Assembly: GCA_051941275.1 (NCBI GenBank)
Contig: JAVEBF010000048.1
Span: 1-39,823, forward strand
DNA: 39,823 nt
Direction: 5' to 3'
Source of the DNA: Dirinaria sp. TL-2023a
Taxonomy: Eukaryota
Each line of letters opens with the position of its first letter. Positions within the stretch are counted from its first letter, which is position 1. This document shows, one piece after another, positions 13,271-21,900 of the stretch. Below the pieces are notes generated by a model. The model made no database searches and had not been told where the DNA came from. It saw nothing but the letters and a program-made list of their open reading frames with translations. The position numbers were made by a program, and so were the translations under genes.

Positions 13271-13397
13271 ATTTTAACTAGGCATGCGAAGTGCAAACAC
13301 AGCAATGTTCGAAAAAAAGCTGCTTTTTTTCTTTTTTTCTTTTTCTTCTTTTTTAATTTTTCTTTTTTTTATATGGGGTGCTACTACTGCTAGGGAA

Positions 13398-13734
13398 TGC
13401 GCCAAGTGCATGGTGAAAAATCATAGCAGTAAAATGCTAGCGCCAAAAGCATAGGAAGAAGCATGTGACGATTCATAACAAAAGTCTTCATAATGAGCAG
13501 AAAAGAACGAATTAGATGAAGGTTTAATGGCTTTACGTTGAGTCATTTTTGCTTTTCGAGACTGGTTGGGATTCCGCCCATGCCTAGCATCTTGGCATGT
13601 TAGCGTGCGAGGGTGTATTTAAACTCACAATCCTACCAGCATTTTCGAACTTCAGCGTCATCAAATATGTCAATTTCCAACATATTCTAAGCCACATTCT
13701 TGCTGACTGAACCAATCTTGTCAGCGCGATCTTG
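13398..13734. repeat. Left arm (outer part) of a long imperfect inverted repeat
   Basis: 13398-13494 aligns to the reverse complement of 17773-17878, and 13495-13734 to the reverse complement of 17338-17593. For example, TTCAGCGTCATCAAATAT at 13651-13668 is the exact reverse complement of 17413-17430. Confidence 0.92.
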
Positions 13735-13887
13735 TCTCTGACGTCCAAACAAGTCTGTCACTTTTGCTCACATATACGATATCGCTCATCCTTATATCGC
13801 AATACGACGGACCGATAAGAGAGGCGCAGCCGGTCGAACGTGTCTAGGTGATCTACAAATAGTGATTTTTGTGCTCTGAGCGCACTC

Positions 13888-14805
13888 ATGGCTGAGTCTT
13901 TGAAGATCGATTCATCCTCGAGGGGTGGATATCTTGACAACACCCTAAGAGTCTTTGAACGTCACAAGCATCCTTTTGTCCTGGTGGGTACACTTGCAAA
14001 GAGATGGAGCGGCTGTGGGCATAATCCAACCTCGAAGATCGATGTGCTAGTACGCAGTTCAAGCCTGCTGCTGATTGTGGATGAGCTTATAGCCAGTAGT
14101 GACTGGGAGCTTCCAAGCGCCGACGAGCTTCAGGGCCTGCGGAATAATAATAGCGGGAAATCCGAAACCTGGCTGAAATTTGGCCACGAGCATATCCTTT
14201 TCCAATATCTACGTCTGTGGCCGGAAGAAGTGTATCATCTCTCATTGGAATGCGAGAAAATCGAAGTGCCCGGCATTTTCACCAAGCCCACTGATTTGAT
14301 GGAAGAAGAATACGATCGCGATCCTTACCATCGATTCGCGCTACCAACAAGGTCGAGGATACCAGAGTCTGAGCTGCTTCCGATTCCACCACTTCGAGCC
14401 AAATCCGATGGACAGGATTCTTGCATTTACATACCGAGCATCAAAGCACATTTGAATGCACTTCTACAGCAAAGAATTACAGAACTTATCACGGGGATAC
14501 CGAATGGTGGCGACCCTCGGGCCCAGCTACGTGATCTAATACGCTATCTCGTCCTAGATTGGAAACCTACAAGGAAGTGGATCCTAGATACCAAGATCGA
14601 ACCTCAGCTTCGAGAGACTATGGAACTCATATTTCGGGGCTTCACACGCAAGAAAGTTGCCCTGTGGGACAAAGAGCTCGGGAAGAGCGTCTTCGGTAAG
14701 ATGCCGTGGGAGCTAACTATCAGCAGAGAGATACACAGCACCTACGCGCCCGATGGTGTAGAAATTTCAGCCCAAGGAGTACCAGTCACTGATCTCGATA
14801 ATTAA
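13888..14805 (+). CDS. Hypothetical fungal protein, 305 aa, with a nucleotidyltransferase-fold-like N-terminus
   Basis: Long intronless ORF of normal composition within an AT-rich zone. The N-terminal PFVLVGTLAKRWSG..PTSKIDVLV resembles the hG..A...hG....T.DhDhhh signature of the Pol-beta NTase superfamily, with the first Asp replaced by Lys. The fold assignment is an inference. Confidence 0.7.
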   Translation: MAESLKIDSSSRGGYLDNTLRVFERHKHPFVLVGTLAKRWSGCGHNPTSKIDVLVRSSSLLLIVDELIASSDWELPSADELQGLRNNNSGKSETWLKFGHEHILFQYLRLWPEEVYHLSLECEKIEVPGIFTKPTDLMEEEYDRDPYHRFALPTRSRIPESELLPIPPLRAKSDGQDSCIYIPSIKAHLNALLQQRITELITGIPNGGDPRAQLRDLIRYLVLDWKPTRKWILDTKIEPQLRETMELIFRGFTRKKVALWDKELGKSVFGKMPWELTISREIHSTYAPDGVEISAQGVPVTDLDN

Positions 14806-15020
14806 CAAGTGTTGCGGCGGAAATAGCAGGCGGGTATCGGTTGTAGTAAATTGATAATTGATTGAGGTATGGCTTGCATTGAGAAGGATATCATGGTCCA
14901 CAGACAGTTCATGGTTTTGGTCTCGATTAGGTTTGACAAAAAAATTCAAAAGGAAAACCGACCTCCAATTTGTGGCCAGATAACAAGCGGTAACGCCGAC
15001 TTTTCTATTTATACAAGGCA

Positions 15021-15210
15021 GAAGAGAAAGGTGTAGTCGAGCTCTTCGTCTGTCGAGACCTTAAGCAGTATTGAAAGGATCAGGATCAAGCAAGTGAAGC
15101 AGGGCTTTGAGACATGAGCTGCCTAAAACTATCAGAAAATCTCGAGGACTCAAAAAAAAAAAAAATACTTATATTTATCGAGCCATGAATGCCAAGATTG
15201 GAGTGCAAGG
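15021..15210. repeat. Left arm (inner part) of the long imperfect inverted repeat
   Basis: Aligns to the reverse complement of 17151-17337. There is a 22-nt exact match, TCGAGCTCTTCGTCTGTCGAGA (15037-15058 versus 17299-17320). Confidence 0.95.
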
Positions 15211-15936
15211 TGACTTTTGCAGGAGGTACCTGAATTTTTTTTTATTTTTTATTTTTTTCTTCTTTCTTCTCGCAGGCATTCAACTTTCAATTTCCATTAC
15301 AGAGCACGAGCACCCGGGTACTTTCCTTTGTTCCTTTTCCTCTCTTGAATACACTGCACGGTGGTCCATGCTCTCATGGAAACTTTTAAATCCTTCTCCT
15401 GGTTTGATCAAAGGTTTCTTCCTGCATCTTCGCGTCCTCGGTTTGTTTTTCCTTTTTTCCTTTGTTTTGGAATTAAACAATTAAGCAAAGGATTCGTTGT
15501 TTCGGTGTATCTCACGCCACTACTCCGATTGCGTCGGAAAGAGGGAGACGTCGTAAGGTACATTCCCTTAGCACTCTCCCTTTCCCGAACATCACTTGGC
15601 GTTAAGATCACCACTGCTACACCGGCCCGTACGTCACGATAGATGTAGCCTAATTGGACTTTACAAACAAAAGCACGGCAGGAAATCTTTCACGAAAAAA
15701 TCCTGATTTTTTTCGACGGATTTGTTTGTCCTAGGCCGTTGGGGGGGGGGAGAGAAGGAAAAGGACTTTGTCGAGCAGTAATCATAAAAGCTGCTCAGGG
15801 AAGTGCGCTCGCTGCATCGGTTGCTTTTTGCGTTCGTATAAAAATGGCAGAGTACCCGTCAGCAAGACGAAAAGCGTTGATCGGGTCGAAAGTGAAAAAA
15901 AAAATGGGAAGAGAACAAGTGACGAGACGGGGCAAG

Positions 15937-16018
15937 TAATCGTCCGCTCTGAAACGCACGCTTTTACAAGTTCTATTTTTCTTTTGAATAAAAAGGGATC
16001 AAAAAAAAAGCTCAACTA
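15937..16018 (+). repeat. Diverged direct copy of 12748-12828
   Basis: TAATCGTCCGCTCTGAAACGCACGC here versus TAATGGTCCGCTCTGAAACGAACGC at 12748. Both are followed by CTTTTGAA, an A-run and ACTA. Confidence 0.75.
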
Positions 16019-16219
16019 AAAACGACCGGCGACCAAACGGTGATGCTGGGCCCATTCGGGCCAGCTTTCGAAAACCTGCCCACCCATCCCAAACGACGTT
16101 AAAATATTCATGAAAATGATGCATAGGCTCTCATCCCCCCAGCTCCTCCATCGCCATTTCCACCGCCTCCACCATAACCTCCAGCTCCTCCCCTCTTCAA
16201 GAAAAGATAATCGAAGCCC

Positions 16220-16672
16220 CTAGGCTTTCATCAGCCTGAGGAGAGGAGCCGCAGGTCCTCGAAGTCCCTTCCCGTCACCCTCTCTATCCAGCACTGTCTC
16301 GCAACTAATGCGCAGCAACTCCTGAAAATTGGTTGGCAACGAACCGCATTCCGGAACTGGATCACAGACGGGACTTTGGCGCAGGGACGCGCCGCCGCCG
16401 AGCTCGATGAACTCGATGCGGACTCGGAAATTCCCATGCAAGCATTGGATTGCCACGACCCGAGCTCTCCCAGAAGTATAGACTCCCCCTGGCCAAGGTT
16501 GATTGCCTCGTCCATAAAGAGGCCAAGCAGACGGGGTCGACATCTTTGGCTTTCCTGCTTGAACCTCCATGGGCGATGGTGGCCACTCCGCCAATAAAGA
16601 TGAAAATGAAGTTTGTGGCCGAGGTTGCGGTGTACTCGTACGAGTTGGCACGCTGATTTCGTATGCGGACAT
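16220..16672 (-). CDS. Possible small hypothetical protein or decayed gene in the loop of the inverted repeat
   Basis: ATG-initiated 150-codon ORF in a GC-richer island between AT-rich flanks. No recognisable motif. Confidence 0.25.
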   Translation of the reverse strand: MSAYEISVPTRTSTPQPRPQTSFSSLLAEWPPSPMEVQAGKPKMSTPSAWPLYGRGNQPWPGGVYTSGRARVVAIQCLHGNFRVRIEFIELGGGASLRQSPVCDPVPECGSLPTNFQELLRISCETVLDREGDGKGLRGPAAPLLRLMKA

Positions 16673-17150
16673 TCATGTTTGCTGAACAGGAGAGAGAATA
16701 GTCATGACGATGATGTAGACGATAAATGAAGCCGAAAGATGAGGCCGCAAAGACTGAGAAACGGTCAGTGCTCAGTACTCGACTCGACTGTCCGGAGTCG
16801 AGCTGCACTTACGCCGCTGTTCAAGAGACAGTGTGGAATTGTAAAGATACTGTCTAATTAATTTAGAATAGCTGCAACCACCAGTCAGTCCAATCTCCAT
16901 AGTCTCCAGGAACCGAAAACATTAATTACCGATGCTCGTTGAAAAATGCACTGAGAGAGAAAGATGGGAGAATTTGCGCCAGTGGGCATGATATATATCG
17001 GTCTGGATATTAGAATGGGAAAGAGCAAGTTGGGGGGGGCGCGACTGCAGGAGCACAAGGAAGGCGCCATTGTAGAGTCAGTCGCTGGAAATGGAATTAA
17101 ATATGAATGTCTCTGCCGGTCGCAGTCGCTATATGAACACTCTGATAAAG

Positions 17151-17878
17151 CCTGCACTCCAATCTTCGCATCCATGACTCGATCAACGAACACTCATTTC
17201 TTTTTGAATCCTCAAGATTCTCTATAGTTTCAGAGACTTCATGTCTCGAAACTCTGCTTCACTTGCTCTGATCCTAATCTTTCAAATACTGCTTGAGATC
17301 TCGACAGACGAAGAGCTCGAATCACATCTTTCTCTTCAAAAATCGCGCTGACAAAATTGTGATTCAGTCCGCAAGAATGAGACTTAAAAAAAGATATGTT
17401 GAAAATCGATATATATTTGATGACGCTGAAAATTCGAAAATGCTGATAAATTTTGTGAAGTTTAAATATATATATATATACACTCTCGCGCAAAATGCTA
17501 AACAAGTTTCAAAAAAGTCAAAATGGACTCATCAGCGCGAAGGCCATTGAGATCTTCTTCATTGAAGTCTTCCTTTTTCTTTTTCTGCTGCTCAACAGAC
17601 AGCGCCCAAATTCGCTTCACATGCTGGGATTTGAAATTTTTAAGATGGAGCGATAACATACCAGACTGAATTATATATATCAAAATTTTGAGAGTCTTTT
17701 TAAATTTTTCAATGTGAAATCGCGTTGGAACTTTTTCCATTGAAGTAACGAATTCGAGATGCGCAGCTAAGAATTATAAAGATTTTTTATTATGGATTTT
17801 CACATGCTTCTTTTCTATGCTTTTGGCACTGGCATTTTTACTTCTGTGACTTTGCACCATCACCATGGACTTGTCGCA
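17151..17878. repeat. Right arm of the long imperfect inverted repeat (AT-richer, lacks the ORF, has its own ~180-bp extra segment at 17594-17772)
   Basis: Its reverse complement is colinear with 13398-13734 joined directly to 15021-15210. Confidence 0.92.
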
Positions 17879-18402
17879 GTAATGTTCTCTTTTCATATGC
17901 TGAGGATCATGACGACGATTGCACCCAGATTTCCCGGGGGATTATTAGAGTCATCGTAGCTTATTTATTTTAAAAATCGATCTTAGATAGTGCTAATATA
18001 CTTAACCCACCACCAATCTGATTCATAACATCTTTCTTCGCTGCGTCCATCTTTCGCTGATACGTCGCGCAACTCATAATCATTACTAAATTTTTTTTCT
18101 CTTTCGCTACATGATAGATTTCGAAAGATGCGCGTTGCGCAGTTTTGAAATAAGTTTCTCCGGTTGGACAATTCTAAGATCGACGGATGATAAATCTTTT
18201 TCGTGGCGCGACATTTAGAATTCTACTGCGCAAAAAATAATAAGGGTTTTTTTGTGCTAGATAACTTTGAAAGTATTTTTTGTAGTGGAAGGTGTGAATT
18301 TCTTCTATCGTGAACTGGAATTGGGAATGGAATCGTAATTGGGGATGGAAATGGAAAGAGTGGGTTTGGATCGTAAGGAGTAAAGTAAATGTAGGATGTA
18401 GA

Positions 18403-18426
18403 TTTTTTTTTTTTTTTTTTTTTTTT
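18403..18426. repeat. Poly(T) tract of 24 nt in low-complexity intergenic DNA downstream of URA2
   Basis: Read directly. Confidence 0.9.
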
Positions 18427-18905
18427 AAGAAAGAGAGATAAAATAGAGAATATGAACTTTTTTTCTTGGAGGCTGAGATATTTTGAACCCCTGCTGAGAG
18501 GTTTCAACAAGGTAAAGTGTGGTTAGGATGATTCATTTTGAGCATTTCCCTCTCTCTCGTTCTGAAAGGACATAGGAGGTATTTCCATTCCGTAGATTTA
18601 ACTTTTTTTTTTTCCCTACTGTTTGCCTCCTCCAAGATATAAAAATGATGTACTGAGTGAGGGGCAAAAAATTCAATAACAAAGGGGACTGACTAGATAG
18701 ATAGACTTTTTTGTTACCTTTCTCTACGAGACAGAACTTTTCTTCTTTCCTCCCCTTCTACAGCCTCCGGTCCACACCCCAGCCTCTTCGCTTTGGCCAC
18801 GCCTCTCCTATCTCATTTTCACCGGCTAGGAAAGAGAGAAAACCAGGGAAAGAGAGAGAGAGAAAAAAACAAAAGTGGCCGAGAAATCCCTCTTCCTCCG
18901 CATTC

Positions 18906-21900
18906 TCACGGCGCCAACACCAGTGCAAGCAGCGCCATCCGACAATACAGCCCGTAGCGCATCTGCCTGAAATAGGCAGCACGGGGATCATCATCCACTT
19001 CATCGGCCAACTCCTCGTTCCTCGGCAACGGATGCATGACAATCATCTTCGCCTTCGCATGCTGCATCACCGCATTGTTGATCCTATACCCTCCCCGCAA
19101 CCGTTCGTACTCCTCCAAATCCTCAAACCTCTCCTTTTGCAGCCTCGTGCAGTAAAGTACATCGCTGCTCGCGATGATCTCTTCGGTGAGGTACTCGGAT
19201 TCATGCAAGAGCTGCCCGGAGCGGACGAGATGCTGGTGGATCTCCGGCGGGATGCAGAGGGATTGCGGGGAAACGAGGGAGATTTGCACGTCGTAGTGGA
19301 AGAGCAGATGGATTAGGGAGTGGACGGTGCGGCCGTAGCGCAGGTCGCCCACGAACGTGATTGTTTTCCCGTTCACGGTGCTGAGCTCTTCGCGGATGGT
19401 GAAGAGGTCGAGGAAGGCCTGGGTGGGGTGTTCGACGCTGCCGTTGCCGCCGTTGATGATGGGCACGGGAGAATATTTTGCGGCGGTCGCGGCGCTGGCC
19501 GGATCTGGGTGCCGCAGCACGATGGCGTCGCTGTAGCAGCCTAGCGTCCGGATTGTATCTTGCAGGGACTCGCCCTTCTGGGTGCTCGAGTGGGTTTGAG
19601 ATATGGGTACCGTACGGCCGCCGAGGAGTTGCATCGCGGCGTCGAACGAGGCCGAGGTTCGGGTTGAGGCTTCGTAAAACATGGTTGTGAGGACGCGGCC
19701 TTTGAGGATGTCGGAGACGGTTTGGCTTTGGATCCCGAGATGCATGTGGTGCGCTACTGTGAATAGATGGTGCAGATCGCTCCGTGCGAATTGGGAGACG
19801 GAGAGGATGTGCCGCTGCTTGAAAGGGGAGTGAGCTAGCAATTCAAGCAGGGTTCGGGACACTGATGGCGGTTGAGAAAACAAAGGAGGGCCAAGTTCTT
19901 TTAGACTTGGTGGTGGTAATGCAATTGGGGGCTGGACGGTTTGGGTGTCTACTTGACGAAGTCGGCTCTGTGGTCGTGAGGCTTGTAAGGATTGACGTCC
20001 AGTATCAGGGTTTGGATAAGGGGTCGGTGAGGAAGAAGCTTTGCTAGACGGTGACGAAAGAGCGTGGATAGAATGGCCTGACACATCTGTCCCATGTGGG
20101 ACGTCTGAGATGGTTCGACCGTCGAGACAGGCTGTCCTGTCCAGGAAAGTAACTCTTTGTACAGATCCGCGTACGGTGGTACCGACGAAGGGGGACCAAG
20201 CCGAAGGCGCTTGGAAGACGTACTGCCGATCGATATCAATCTCCACAGAAGTAATCGCCTGATCGTGGAGCTCAAAGATCTCCTTCGGCTTGTCATAAAG
20301 TCGCTGGACAATCCCATCAATGGTAAGCCGACCGTCTGACACAGCGGTAAATAGCAACGGTAAAGTCTCTGCGATACCAACAGTAGGATCAGGCACTTCA
20401 TGGGCTTCAAGGGCGACATGGAAAGGGATGCTCCCTATCGAGAACACGTCTATTGCCTCCAGGTGGTTCCACAATGCTTTTTGATCTTTGACAGTGGGCA
20501 GTGCTGTGCACTTGGGGTAGTCCTCTTGCGTCAGGAATAGCGAATACACAGCAACATCACAGGTGACTTTCAACCCCTTTGATTTCCCCAGTGAAATGAG
20601 ATTGATGTCATCTTCCGTACTGACGCTGGTAACATGCAGCTTGCGGTTATGTAGGCTTGCCAGCAGGAGCACAGAAGCTAGGTCTGTAGTCTTAGCGTCT
20701 GTGATGATGGGCTTGTTGACAGGCCATGATGAAAAGTGTGATGTGATTGTCGCCACCTTACTGATGTTCTCGCACAAATGATTGAATGGCAGGGATAGCG
20801 AGCCGACTTCAGCGGTAACCTTGCTAATGATATCTGCGTTGGTAGCATTGGCCGCGACCGAGAAGTTGTAATCGCAAAAGGCTCCTAGTAAGCTATTCTG
20901 CTGAGCTACCTTCAACGAAGCCACGTTGGTTATTGAAGAATGAAGTCCCAATGGCATAATTCGAAGCATGCTGAAACCGGAGGCAATGGACGCCTGTGTG
21001 ATAGCGCGGAAGTCACTGTTGCATTTGGTCGCTAAACCCGGTACGAAAGCTGCGACATTGATTAGGCCTGGAAGAACCACGGTACGGTGACTGTTCTGAT
21101 AGTCGATGGTCTGGATCCCGAACTCATATCGTCTAGCGAGCGCTTCGATCAGCAATTTCGCATTCTTCACATTTGTCACCAGTGGGGTTTGATAGTCGAC
21201 TGCCATCCTGCGGGTGCGGTAGCCTTGGCTAACATAGTTCGCCGGTCGCCGGTACTGATTGCTTGAAGGTAGATTGATGTAGAGATCGATGAGATTATTA
21301 GCCAGGTGTTGCGTGAGAGAGTACTCGGATTTCTGATGTTGTTGTTCACTGTCCAATATCTCCAGATATTTTACCGGTATCTTGTGCTCTTGAATGTAAT
21401 CTGCGGTACCTGCCGTGGCAAAGATACAGTAACCAAGCCGATGGAGTTTCTCAATTGATGGCAACATTTCCATCTTGTCCTTGAAAGACCCGATCGATAC
21501 AAGGATGTTTTTCTTCGGCAGTCGAAAGCCAGTGGACATCAAAGCCTTAATGTATGCTTCGTATCTGTCACGGCCGAAGCAAGCGACCTCTCCAGTCGAA
21601 GCCATTTCTACGCCCAAGACTGGATCAGCACCAGACAGCCTTGAAAAGGAGAATTGAGGCACTTTGACCCCGACATAGTCCTTGGGAATGTCGATCGGCG
21701 GATACGCTGTGAGCGGAACACCCATTATCGCCCGCGTGGCCAGAGCAATGAGATCGACTCCCATCACCTTTGAAACAAAGGGAAAGGACCTTGAAGCACG
21801 GACATTGCATTCAATCACTTTGATCTCGTTATCTTTCGCGATGAATTGGATATTGAACGGCCCCGTCACTTTAAGTTCTTCGCCAATCTTGCGCGTGGCT

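Noticed and set aside
13735..15020. Cassette as a Helitron (5'-TC) or solo LTR (TG...CA)
   Set aside because: There is no CTRR end with a strong subterminal hairpin, no target-site duplication and only a poor terminal match. The junction can slide by a few bases, so the dinucleotide ends are not diagnostic.
15107..16019. Short Phe/Lys-rich ORFs in the AT-rich zone (also 17239-17740 and 18223-18510)
   Set aside because: They are translations of poly(A)/poly(T) tracts and decayed repeat arms, not credible proteins.
18711..19316. 201-aa plus-strand ORF, and the many other antisense or overlapping ORFs over URA2, dcl1, UBA2, FAD1 and the GRDP gene
   Set aside because: These are shadow ORFs of real genes or low-complexity DNA with non-ATG starts and no recognisable motifs.
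20200..21090. Loss of dihydroorotase catalytic residues in URA2
   Set aside because: The inactive DHOase-like domain is the normal state of fungal URA2/PyrABCN.
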